From a virus, in UHGV virus genome UHGV-1502588: a DNA stretch of 35,059 nucleotides, one strand, 5' to 3'. Shown piece by piece: positions 24,630 to 32,782 of the stretch (the stretch's first letter is position 1; each line of letters opens with the position of its first letter). A model generated the notes under the pieces. It made no database searches. It worked only from the letters and a program-made list of their open reading frames with translations, and had not been told where the DNA came from. A program made the translations under genes and the position numbers.

Positions 24630-24772
24630 GCAGCCACCCATTCAATCAGGGAGCAGCCAGCCCATAACACAGCTAAAATAGCCAACCAGCCAATTACGTT
24701 AACTAATGCCGCGAACCAAAGCAGAGTGCGGCGGCTGTAATGCTCAATATCTCGTTTAAAAAAATTCTTCAC
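24626..24772 (-). CDS. Possible 48-aa membrane protein (GTG start), not in the ORF track
   Basis: GGGAGA SD 7 nt 5' of the GTG. One TM helix (LLWFAALVNVIGWLAILAVLWAG). The stop overlaps the MTase ATG (ATGA). Confidence 0.3.
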   Translation of the reverse strand: MKNFFKRDIEHYSRRTLLWFAALVNVIGWLAILAVLWAGCSLIEWVAA

Positions 24773-25002
24773 GTTCGTTTCTCCCGCCAAAAATTCAATC
24801 GTTCTTTGAAAAACTCCCGGTAGCTTTCCGGCGTCGCTGCAATCTGCTCTACGATGGCCTGTCGAGTAACTGTCTTCTCAAACAGCTGTCGTATGAGTGC
24901 TGAGGCGCGCATGTCGTAGTGCTCTTTGAGCTGGTACTCCTGCGGCCATTTGGCGCGATTGAGCGGTAAGCCGGGCGGCAGGTAATCTGATTGCCCGGCC
25001 AT
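24769..25002 (-). CDS. Hypothetical 77-aa protein
   Basis: Coupled ORF in the early operon. Confidence 0.4.
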   Translation of the reverse strand: MAGQSDYLPPGLPLNRAKWPQEYQLKEHYDMRASALIRQLFEKTVTRQAIVEQIAATPESYREFFKERLNFWREKRT

Positions 25003-25005
25003 GCC

Positions 25006-25674
25006 TTACACCCTCTTGTTTTTCGCTGACTCGATGTAATAACGGGGATCCACGCTATTAAGCGTGAAATGAACCACTGGCGTATCGTCATGGCGAGTGA
25101 TGCCGACATAGTTCGACATGAACATGCTGAATACACGATCCTGAATTTCTTTAATCGTTACCTGGCATTCTGGATAGTGTTTCTGCAGCTGGCCGAGAAT
25201 GGTCTGATAAGAAAGGGTTTTACCTTTCATCACAGCGACCAGTTGCTGCGCGGTAACTTTCCCGGCACCCGGTTGATCGTCGCTGGCAAGCAGCGGGCGA
25301 ACGCTGTCGAGTACCAGGCGATGACGGCCAGCACCGCCGACACGCTGACCGGTTTTTTTGTCGAAATGCTCATTAGCGCCGGCAGACCAGACGGTGACAC
25401 CTTCGCTCAGGCGCACGGTTTTTTCGCCTTTGGAATAAATCACGGTACCGAGATGGGTTTTACGGCGACGGCCTGAAACTGCTGGCAGAGGCGCTTCGCG
25501 TTTAATTGGCTTTTGCGGAGTAATTCCCGGCACTGGTTCTGGTCGCGGTGCGGCAACAAATACAGAACGAGTACGCGCACGGGCGCCGGCGTTCATGCGC
25601 CATAAAATAACGGGAAGCCAGTTGCAGCCATCATCCGGATTAACTGGTTTTGGGTAATTTAAATTTGTGGTCAT
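25006..25674 (-). CDS. Hypothetical 222-aa protein (Pro/Arg-rich N-terminal half)
   Basis: ORF preceded by the conserved cassette GCGCCTGACCAGCG-N8-CCGAGGAAAGACCAATG. Confidence 0.5.
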   Translation of the reverse strand: MTTNLNYPKPVNPDDGCNWLPVILWRMNAGARARTRSVFVAAPRPEPVPGITPQKPIKREAPLPAVSGRRRKTHLGTVIYSKGEKTVRLSEGVTVWSAGANEHFDKKTGQRVGGAGRHRLVLDSVRPLLASDDQPGAGKVTAQQLVAVMKGKTLSYQTILGQLQKHYPECQVTIKEIQDRVFSMFMSNYVGITRHDDTPVVHFTLNSVDPRYYIESAKNKRV

Positions 25675-25712
25675 TGGTCTTTCCTCGGTTATATCGCGCT
25701 GGTCAGGCGCGG

Positions 25713-27101
25713 TTAAAATGAATCAGTGTTGTATTTCTCTGCGTATTTACGCGGTTGTTTTCGTGGTTTTGCTGCCTCCAGTTGAATACGGGTTTTCTCT
25801 TTGCCGACATGCTGATCGACGTGAAGGAAATGGCCGTTTTTAAACTCCTGGTAGATAACCGCGCCGGCGGCACTGAATCGGCTTTTCCCCAGGATGATTT
25901 CGGCGATGCCCGCCGCCGGGCTTTCCGGGTTGTAGACTTCATCGCGGTACAGAAACATGATGCTATCGGCATCCTGCTCAATAGAACCGGAATCACGGAG
26001 GTCTGACATAACCGGGCGGCGCTGGCCTGCCGGGCGGGAATCCACCGCGCGCGAAAGCTGGCTTAGTGCAAACGTCGGCGTATGCAGGCGCATAGCCATA
26101 GTTTTAAGGTTTCGGGAAATGTGGGCGATCGCCAGGTCGTTACGCTCTGCCTTAGGCTTTTTAATCAGGCCGAGGTAATCGACAACGATCATCGCCAGAT
26201 GCGGATAACGGCGCTTATGCGTCTCGGCAACGGCGCGGATTTGCTCAATCGTCAGATCGGTAGCGTCAACAATCCAGATATCGCGTCCGTTCATGGTCTC
26301 CATGGCCGCTGTAAAGCGCGCCCAGTCCTCGTCCTGCATATCGAGGGGATTACGCAGGCGTGACACCGACATGTTGCCAGAGCCTGCCAGAGAGCGTTCT
26401 ACGATTTGCGCAGCGGCCATTTCCATACTGAATATCAGCGCCCCGCCGCCGGCAGCGGTAACACCATCGACAATCTTCAGCGCAAACTCTGTTTTACCCA
26501 TGCCCGGGCGGCCAGCGACAACAATCAAATCCTGCAGGTTAATTCCGCCGGTGGCATCATCCAGTTCGTCGATGCCAGTCTTCAGGTTTCGGGTACCGGC
26601 TTCGCCGTCCATGCGTTTCTGTACCGTCTCCATGTAGGTTGGCAGCAAATCGCTGATGTGAACCGGCTGCACGTCGCCAGTATCGCCGGTCATGTCCAGC
26701 AGCTGCGCCACTGCACTTTCGACAACCTGATCGCGCTGTTCCTGATTATTGGCCTGGCGGATACCGTCAGCGCCCTGCTGCAGTAATTCAGCCATACGGC
26801 GACTGCGCCACGCCTTAACCATCTTTCCGGCGTAACCCTTCAGGTTCGGTACCGTGGCAGGCATGCGCGTAATTTCTGATAAATCAGCCAGGCTGCTACC
26901 GCCCAGCGCTTCGCTGACAAACAGCATGTCGATCAGACCGTTCGCCAGCGCCTGTTTTTTAATTTCGGAGAACGCGCGACGGTGAAACCCGATGCTGAAA
27001 GATTCTTCAGGCGTTGAGGCGATCACGTCGAATGCGTCCGGGCTTGCGCCGCCGTTCAGCAGTCCGGCCAGCACACAGGCTTCCAGTTCCTGCGGAGTCA
27101 T
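25713..27101 (-). CDS. Replicative DNA helicase, DnaB family
   Basis: Walker A GRPGMGKTEFALK, Walker B/DnaB-C motifs IVVDYLGLI, and the characteristic SRxxxxRPxxSDLRDSGSIEQDAD. 462 aa. Confidence 0.85.
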   Translation of the reverse strand: MTPQELEACVLAGLLNGGASPDAFDVIASTPEESFSIGFHRRAFSEIKKQALANGLIDMLFVSEALGGSSLADLSEITRMPATVPNLKGYAGKMVKAWRSRRMAELLQQGADGIRQANNQEQRDQVVESAVAQLLDMTGDTGDVQPVHISDLLPTYMETVQKRMDGEAGTRNLKTGIDELDDATGGINLQDLIVVAGRPGMGKTEFALKIVDGVTAAGGGALIFSMEMAAAQIVERSLAGSGNMSVSRLRNPLDMQDEDWARFTAAMETMNGRDIWIVDATDLTIEQIRAVAETHKRRYPHLAMIVVDYLGLIKKPKAERNDLAIAHISRNLKTMAMRLHTPTFALSQLSRAVDSRPAGQRRPVMSDLRDSGSIEQDADSIMFLYRDEVYNPESPAAGIAEIILGKSRFSAAGAVIYQEFKNGHFLHVDQHVGKEKTRIQLEAAKPRKQPRKYAEKYNTDSF

Positions 27102-28090
27102 AGCGAACCTTCCCGGGTTTTACGTAACGTTTCAGGTTTCATCAGGTAGTCAAAGCTGGCGCGCCAGCCGCCGTTAGCACCGAAATAAAAATCTGACGCA
27201 TCAGCGCGGAATTTTTCGAAATACCCCAAAAATGCGCCCGTGGTTTTGTTTTTCATGTGTGCGGCAAGCTGGGCGATCATTCGGCGGCGGTCGGTATCCA
27301 GTTCAGCGGCAGGCAGAACGTCAGCAAAAATTTCGTTGTAGCCGTTCATAACGGCTTCCGGATCAATGTCGGTTTCGGTCATCTCCCATGCTGCAGCGTC
27401 AGCGAGATAACCATCAAAACGGTTTACCCGGCAGATGTTCGCTGGCTTCGGCAGGCTATCGCCACGGCGGCGCCATGTGGCCAGAACCCAGCGGATAACT
27501 AACTGCAATTCATCCAGGGTGTACCCTGCCCGGGTGGTGGTCGGCGTCAGCATCATCACAAACGGTTTCAGGTCACGGCAGCGGGTACCGGTTTGCTCGT
27601 TGTAAAATTCCAGCGCTTTTTGTGCATCAGAAAGAATTATCTCAACGCCTTCCCCCTCTAAGGGGTTAGGGGTATATATATTCTCTGTAGTATTCTCTGT
27701 AAGAAAGTTTGCTGGTTTTCCACTTACTTGCTTGCTGGTTTTCCGCATTCCAGTATGTGGTTTTTCCGCATCCTTGTTTGCGGCTACAAGCGCTTGAAAT
27801 AAAACATCATTATCAATCTTGTAGAAAAGACTAGCAGGTACACCTTTCTTTTTTTCCAGCAGTACACCAATTGAGCGAAGTTTCTTACGCGCCCCCTCCT
27901 GCTCGTAACGGGAAAGCCCTGTTTCTTCCTCCCATTCTTCCTGGGTTTTATATACCCATCCGTCATCGTCGGATCGGTTAGTCCAGTAAGTCATTTGAGA
28001 CAGGAACAGTGCAGCCGTCACACCAATATTCAGACGAATGAAACTACGCTGGAAGGCGATCGGCCTGTCGAGTAATGGCAAAATATTCAT
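27098..28090 (-). CDS. Replication initiation protein (O-like, N-terminal DNA-binding domain plus conserved phage C-terminal helicase-loader-interaction domain)
   Basis: Position upstream of DnaB and coupled to it. Iterons and an AT-rich stretch lie in the middle of the gene, as in lambda O. Confidence 0.6.
   Translation of the reverse strand: MNILPLLDRPIAFQRSFIRLNIGVTAALFLSQMTYWTNRSDDDGWVYKTQEEWEEETGLSRYEQEGARKKLRSIGVLLEKKKGVPASLFYKIDNDVLFQALVAANKDAEKPHTGMRKTSKQVSGKPANFLTENTTENIYTPNPLEGEGVEIILSDAQKALEFYNEQTGTRCRDLKPFVMMLTPTTTRAGYTLDELQLVIRWVLATWRRRGDSLPKPANICRVNRFDGYLADAAAWEMTETDIDPEAVMNGYNEIFADVLPAAELDTDRRRMIAQLAAHMKNKTTGAFLGYFEKFRADASDFYFGANGGWRASFDYLMKPETLRKTREGSL
27650..27775. promoter_or_regulatory. 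Putative replication origin inside the initiator gene: AT-rich tract plus direct repeats (iterons)
   Basis: GTATATATATTCTCTGTAGTATTCTCTGTAAG, followed by GCTGGTTTTCC twice and TGGTTTTTCCGCA. The repeats are visible by eye. Confidence 0.45.
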
Positions 28091-28092
28091 CG

Positions 28093-28314
28093 TCAGATCC
28101 CCAGCGAGTCAGCCAGCTGGCGGCAGGCGATTTCGTATTCTTTCTGGGTGAGCCCCGCTTCCTGCAGGACTGCTTTGCGTAATTCGTAGCGCTCCCAGAT
28201 TGTCAGCGCAGCTGTGCGACGTTCTTCGAAAATCGATTCGATCTCTTCCATCGGGACTTGTACCCCGTTCCGGCGAAACCCGTTCCGCCAGGTGATGCGG
28301 TCTTGTGTTCTCAT
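28093..28314 (-). CDS. Hypothetical 73-aa protein
   Basis: ORF preceded by the same CCGAGGAAAGACCAATG cassette. Confidence 0.4.
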   Translation of the reverse strand: MRTQDRITWRNGFRRNGVQVPMEEIESIFEERRTAALTIWERYELRKAVLQEAGLTQKEYEIACRQLADSLGI

Positions 28315-28334
28315 TGGTCTTTCCTCGGTACAGG

Positions 28335-28781
28335 TTAAACGCTGGTCAGGCGCTGTGTTTCTCGCATCGCTTGCAATGCCTTCGCGACTTGCTGCGGGCC
28401 GTCTCTGGCCTCGAGCAATAACGCGATAATGGCCGCCGCAAATTCGCGTATAGCGACGCAGATCAAATACTGGGTGGACATGTCCAGGCGCGCGTAGCGT
28501 TCTGCCGGCAGTGCCGCTTCCATCGCTTTAGCCAGCGTCTGGGTTTTAGTTCTGGCCGCTTTCGTCTCACCACGCAGCCAGCGAAAAATCTGTTGGCGGT
28601 TATTGTTGATGGCCCGCCAGTCTGCATTTCCGTCTGCATCTTCAATCTGGTGCAGCTTCAGCACGCCAGTGTTACCACCGAGACGAAACCACATACGGCT
28701 TATCTCGATAGCAACCAACTCCTGCCCGCTTTCAGCTGCCCAGCTAAATATCTCTCGTTTCAGTTCCTCGAGGTTCTCCAC
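28335..28781 (-). CDS. YdaT-like protein (CII-position protein of Rac-type immunity regions)
   Basis: AAESGQELVAIEI...RQQIFRWLRGETKAARTKTQTLAKA parallels E. coli YdaT AAEKGQAWVANAI...QQNIYHRWLKGETKTQREKIQKL. Confidence 0.55.
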   Translation of the reverse strand: MENLEELKREIFSWAAESGQELVAIEISRMWFRLGGNTGVLKLHQIEDADGNADWRAINNNRQQIFRWLRGETKAARTKTQTLAKAMEAALPAERYARLDMSTQYLICVAIREFAAAIIALLLEARDGPQQVAKALQAMRETQRLTSV

Positions 28782-28841
28782 TTCGCGTCTCCTGTCGCTG
28801 AAAATTGATTAAGCGTAATCAGATTTAGATCACGCAGATTG

Positions 28842-29078
28842 TTAAGCTGCATCCTGTTCTGGTAGTCCATCGGTTGGCTTCCGATAAATGCTTGGGAGCA
28901 GATCGTGGGGAGTTACCTGGTAATTGGTTGCTGCTGACCATACCAATGCTGATGCAGCAGACAGAAAGCATTCCCCAGCAGCGATTCGGCTTACATAGCC
29001 TTGAGTTTTCCCAACCAGTACGGCGAACTCATGCTGACGAACACCAGATGTTTTTAAGTAGTCTTTCAGTTTCATCAT
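28842..29078 (-). CDS. Cro/YdaS-like HTH regulator (divergent from the repressor)
   Basis: HTH in QHEFAVLVGKTQGYVSRIAAGE. 78 aa. AGAGG RBS. Confidence 0.65.
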   Translation of the reverse strand: MMKLKDYLKTSGVRQHEFAVLVGKTQGYVSRIAAGECFLSAASALVWSAATNYQVTPHDLLPSIYRKPTDGLPEQDAA

Positions 29079-29100
29079 TAAGGCCTCTGTGATTGAACAT

Positions 29101-29134
29101 CATGAATATTAATAACGTTAATATTTTTCGTCAA
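29101..29134 (-). promoter_or_regulatory. PR-like leftward promoter (-35 TTGACG, 17-nt spacer, -10 TAATAT) with an overlapping repressor operator AATATTAATAA
   Basis: Sequence read directly. The same 11-mer (reverse complement TTATTAATATT) recurs at 29726 and 29761. Confidence 0.55.
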
Positions 29135-29181
29135 TACCAATGACCTTAGAGTTTGATTAATTTTGCGAATAACATGCTTCC

Positions 29182-29637
29182 ATGAGAAAGAAAACCATTG
29201 ACGCCGTTGAACGCGAAGCAGCTAAACGCCTTCGTGAAATCTGGAACGAAAAAAAAGTAACTTTACGTCTGACTCAGGAGAAGGCAGCGGAGGTGCTTGG
29301 CTTCAGCACGCAGGCGTCAGTAAGCCATTACTTAAATGGCACTACGCCACTAAATACCGATGCCACTTTAAAATTCGCCTCACTTCTTGGAGTGAAACCA
29401 GAAGAGATTCGGCCTGATCTGGCTGAAATGATGAATTACGTTAGAAAGTCAGGTGAGTATCTAGAAGATCGATCAGGACCAGGCTGGAAGCTACTTAGCC
29501 CAGAACATGCAGAACTCATTGATTTGTATGAAAGACTTCCACAGAGCGAAAAAGAACGGCATTTATCTGATTTAAAAGAGAAAGTGGAAGGTTTTGATCG
29601 TTTATTTAGAGAGTTACTAGCCACACGAAAGCAATAA
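29182..29637 (+). CDS. CI-like prophage repressor, XRE-family HTH, without a LexA-like (S24) autocleavage domain
   Basis: HTH in LTQEKAAEVLGFSTQASVSHYLNG. 151 aa. The C-terminus lacks the S24 Ser/Lys motifs. Flanked by operator repeats. Confidence 0.75.
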   Translation: MRKKTIDAVEREAAKRLREIWNEKKVTLRLTQEKAAEVLGFSTQASVSHYLNGTTPLNTDATLKFASLLGVKPEEIRPDLAEMMNYVRKSGEYLEDRSGPGWKLLSPEHAELIDLYERLPQSEKERHLSDLKEKVEGFDRLFRELLATRKQ

Positions 29638-29659
29638 CGCCTCCCCTCAAGTGACAACG

Positions 29660-29688
29660 ATCCCAGCTTCGCGCTGGGATTTTTTTTG
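29660..29688 (+). terminator. Rho-independent terminator after the repressor gene
   Basis: ATCCCAGC-TTCGC-GCTGGGAT followed by T8. Confidence 0.75.
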
Positions 29689-29725
29689 TCTAAATTTATC
29701 AACGTCATACAAAAAATATTGTCGT

Positions 29726-29771
29726 TATTAATATTTTAATGTTGACCAATAATATTATCATTATTAATATT
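29726..29771 (+). promoter_or_regulatory. Rightward early promoter (TTGACC, 17-nt spacer, TAATAT) bracketed by two TTATTAATATT operators
   Basis: TTATTAATATTttaatgTTGACCaataatattatcatTATTAATATT. Read directly. Confidence 0.55.
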
Positions 29772-29829
29772 CACCACATCAACGACGCACTAACCACGCG
29801 GCAGTTGTTCAGAAACAGTTCTGACAGTC

Positions 29830-30215
29830 CGGAAAGACGGGCAAGAATTCTTCGGGTCGCCGACAGTACGATGACATGCGGGAAAGACCGCAACGAATGC
29901 AAATTGCTGTGTGTAGTCTTGGCCCCGGCGCCCGGGGCATTTTTTTAACACAGGAACGATTTATGCGACCCTTCAGTGAAAACTGAAGCCCTCGAGGAGA
30001 GGGGCCCCGTGAGGAAAGACCGTAGAGCCTGACCAGCTCTGACACCGGGAAAGACCGGGAGGAAAGACCAACGGGCATGACCAGCCCTGACAGCCGGGAA
30101 AGACCGGCAACCTTTAGATGGCAAAAGGCCCGCACAAGGCGGGCCAGTTACCCCGAACGGTGACCAAACCATTCGGATTTTTGCCGGGAACCACCCCGGC
30201 TAGGAAAGACCAATG
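29830..30215. repeat. Array of about 9 GGAAAGACC copies, including a tandem 46-bp duplication (30008..30103) and a stem-loop GGCCCGC-ACAA-GCGGGCC
   Basis: Visible direct repeats: GGAAAGACC-N5-GCcTGACCAGCyCTGACAsCGGGAAAGACCGG, twice in tandem. No convincing ORF. Confidence 0.6.
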
Positions 30216-30269
30216 CAGGCCAGAGCCACACACTGATCGGCTCTGAGTATACATCACCAAGGAGTCGCT

Positions 30270-30593
30270 ATGGAAGCGCTTACCATCCCCGTAACTATCT
30301 ACGTTATGGCAACAACCAATCCATATCTACCAACGTCTTATCACTCATTCACCTGTGACATGTCACAGAAATATCCTGATTCGTACGTGCTTGTTACTAC
30401 CAAAACGGTAGAGATTGCCATTCCTGCTTTAGAGCCTATCGATATTATCGGGATGCAGGTTAATGCCCTTCGCGCGAAGAAAGAGCAAATATCTGCTGAT
30501 GCCAACAAACAGTTAAGCGTTATTGAAGACCAGATCCAGCAGCTGCTATGCATCGACCACTCTCCGATTGAAGAAAGCGACGTACCGTTTTAA
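30270..30593 (+). CDS. Hypothetical 107-aa protein
   Basis: Strong RBS AAGGAGTCGCTATG. First gene of the rightward operon. Confidence 0.55.
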   Translation: MEALTIPVTIYVMATTNPYLPTSYHSFTCDMSQKYPDSYVLVTTKTVEIAIPALEPIDIIGMQVNALRAKKEQISADANKQLSVIEDQIQQLLCIDHSPIEESDVPF

Positions 30594-30637
30594 TTAACTG
30601 GCGCTTGACCTGCGCCTGCAACCAAGAGGAAAGACCA

Positions 30638-32782
30638 ATGACCATCTACAACGGCTTATTCGAGCCAAAAAAATCGGCTATCAAAGACTGCGGCGCCGTG
30701 CAGCTGGCGATCGCCGTCGAAGCACCAAACAAGAAAATCGCCGAAAGCATTATCACCGGCAAACTCTGGGAATCTTACCCGGCGAACGGTGACAACTATT
30801 TCAAACCGAAGCTGTGGGAACACGAAGAAGGCCAGCCGCTGCCAACCGTTGGCCAGTTCGACGAGCTATTCGCCCAGCAACATACTTTCGACGGTGAAAA
30901 ATGGGTTTCCATCGCCGCGAACGGTACCGCCGGTGAGGAATCAAATTTACCCGCTGGTGATGATGTTATCGATCTGATGACTGTTTCTCCTAGCGAACGC
31001 TTTGCTGCCGTCCTGCTGTTTAGTACCGCGGCAATTGATGGCCATCTTTATTCTCAGGTTGTGGATTATCTGGATAACCTGAATAACCGTGATACAGAAC
31101 TGGAAGAAGAAGATCGTTTTAACCTTAACGTTCTGTGTGCTCTGCACAATAACGAACCAGTTAAGCACATGCATGTTGAAGGGCTGAATAATCTTATTCA
31201 GGGCATTTTCTCCCATTTTGAAAACCAGACTCCGGGCAAATCGGCTATTTCTCAATTTGTAAAACGCTGGCTTGAGAATCCTGGCAAACGTGAAGAAATG
31301 GTACCAGGCCAAAATTCCTCACTCGGCGCCGCCAGCACTGATACCAACGTTAAAATCGCGCCAAAACGAGGTTATAAACATACCTATGCAACACTGGTTC
31401 AGGAGATCGCTGTCGCCCTACTCCCTATTTCTCCCGACGCGCCAGTATTATCAGGCAACCTTCGCGATGCTGAGAAAATCATTGCAGACGAGCGCGAAGA
31501 TTTTAAACGTTGGTCAATGGCGCTTCGCACCACGGAGCACATTCTCAAATATGACCGAGACAGTATTTTTGGCGTAGTGCAGAACGTACCGGCAAAAGAT
31601 ACCTACCATTTCCCTGACAGCCTACGCCGCCACATTGATTCATGGCTGGAAGCAAACGGCCGCTTTGAAGAAACCGAGACAGGATCCGTTAAACAACCAG
31701 AGGCAACGCAAAATACCACCTCAAACGTGGTCGAAAAAGAGGAAGCGCCACAGCCGGTGGTAACCGATACCCAGGCCAAACAGGCGCGTGAGACGCTCAA
31801 CGATATGGGCTATGGCGTATATGCCTCTGGTGATGCAGAACAGCCAGTAGAGAAGTTAAGCGCTAAAGCGGAAACAATAGCTGATAACGCCGAGGTGCTG
31901 GCAAAGCAAATTATTCACGCTGAAAGACTGCCTGACGCTGAAGAAGTAATGAAGTCTGCCGGCGCACAGAGTATCGGACAGGACAATTTAGAACTGTGGA
32001 AACGTGTATTCAAAACTGATGAACGGTTTACTAAAGCCTTTACGCAGAACGGCGGCGGTACCTCGATCAACGGTACCTATTTAACCATGCTTGCCACTCG
32101 CGAGTTTGGGCCAAAGGGAATCGGCTGGGGTGTGGACATCCTCGAGGAACGTTTCGATATCGGTGCCCCCATTACACGCCAGGTGAAAGGGAAAGATAAC
32201 AATGCGTCATGGGAGTTAGTGCTCGACGGGAATGGAAATACCGTCAACGAGCAGCATCACGTCGTTACCGTGCGACTCTGGTACATCCTGAATGGTGTGC
32301 GCGGCGAGGAAACGGCCTACGGTTGCACGCCATACATTTACGGCAGTAAGTACGGGATCACCTGCGATGGTGAGGCAACAAAAAAATCGCTGACTGATGC
32401 AACCAAAAAGGCTTTATCTGGCCTCGGCTTCAGTGGCGATATCTTCATGGGCCTTTACGACAATCTGGAATACCGCCAGAAAAACAAGGCAGAGTTTGAT
32501 CTGAAGAATGCCAGCGAAACCGCAGAAGACGCAGCACGTCTTCGCCAGGAATTCGACGACAAACTCAGCCGTGTTGCTAACACTCTCGCCCATGGCGTGA
32601 CAGTGAACGAAATAAACGGCGTTTTCTCCCCTATCGCACGTGAAATCGATGTTCACATTAAGGCCGCACAGGCCAACGGTGACGCGCAACATGAACGTTA
32701 TCTGTCTGGCCGCTTGCGCCGACTTATTACGATTAAAGACGGCCGCATCAAAGAACTGAATAAAGCTGAGGAGAAAGCATAA
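30638..32782 (+). CDS. Large protein with a C-terminal Rad52/Sak-type single-strand annealing domain and an unknown N-terminal domain of about 470 aa
   Basis: NGGGTSINGTYLTMLATREFGPKGIGWGV...VVTVRLWYILNGVRGEETAYG...KKSLTDATKKALSGLGFSGDIF parallels the Rad52 N-domain [31 protein letters not shown]...HEDVGYG...[20 protein letters not shown]. Start at MTIYN (GAGG SD). Confidence 0.7.
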   Translation: MTIYNGLFEPKKSAIKDCGAVQLAIAVEAPNKKIAESIITGKLWESYPANGDNYFKPKLWEHEEGQPLPTVGQFDELFAQQHTFDGEKWVSIAANGTAGEESNLPAGDDVIDLMTVSPSERFAAVLLFSTAAIDGHLYSQVVDYLDNLNNRDTELEEEDRFNLNVLCALHNNEPVKHMHVEGLNNLIQGIFSHFENQTPGKSAISQFVKRWLENPGKREEMVPGQNSSLGAASTDTNVKIAPKRGYKHTYATLVQEIAVALLPISPDAPVLSGNLRDAEKIIADEREDFKRWSMALRTTEHILKYDRDSIFGVVQNVPAKDTYHFPDSLRRHIDSWLEANGRFEETETGSVKQPEATQNTTSNVVEKEEAPQPVVTDTQAKQARETLNDMGYGVYASGDAEQPVEKLSAKAETIADNAEVLAKQIIHAERLPDAEEVMKSAGAQSIGQDNLELWKRVFKTDERFTKAFTQNGGGTSINGTYLTMLATREFGPKGIGWGVDILEERFDIGAPITRQVKGKDNNASWELVLDGNGNTVNEQHHVVTVRLWYILNGVRGEETAYGCTPYIYGSKYGITCDGEATKKSLTDATKKALSGLGFSGDIFMGLYDNLEYRQKNKAEFDLKNASETAEDAARLRQEFDDKLSRVANTLAHGVTVNEINGVFSPIAREIDVHIKAAQANGDAQHERYLSGRLRRLITIKDGRIKELNKAEEKA

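Noticed and set aside
25703-25996. 97-aa minus-strand ORF overlapping the DnaB 3' end (also 24151..24369 and 23978..24259).
   Set aside because: These are alternative frames inside well-supported methyltransferase and helicase genes. They have no RBS and are artefacts.
29809-30172. Minus-strand ORFs (108 aa and 75 aa) spanning the GGAAAGACC repeat region.
   Set aside because: They run through tandem direct repeats and a stem-loop. The composition is repeat-driven (PGK/RKD-rich because of the GGAAAGACC units). There is no RBS. The region is better explained as a noncoding repeat array.
29830-30215. Possible CRISPR array.
   Set aside because: The repeat unit is only 9 bp with irregular 3-25 bp spacing, and parts are a simple 46-bp tandem duplication. 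There are no cas genes.
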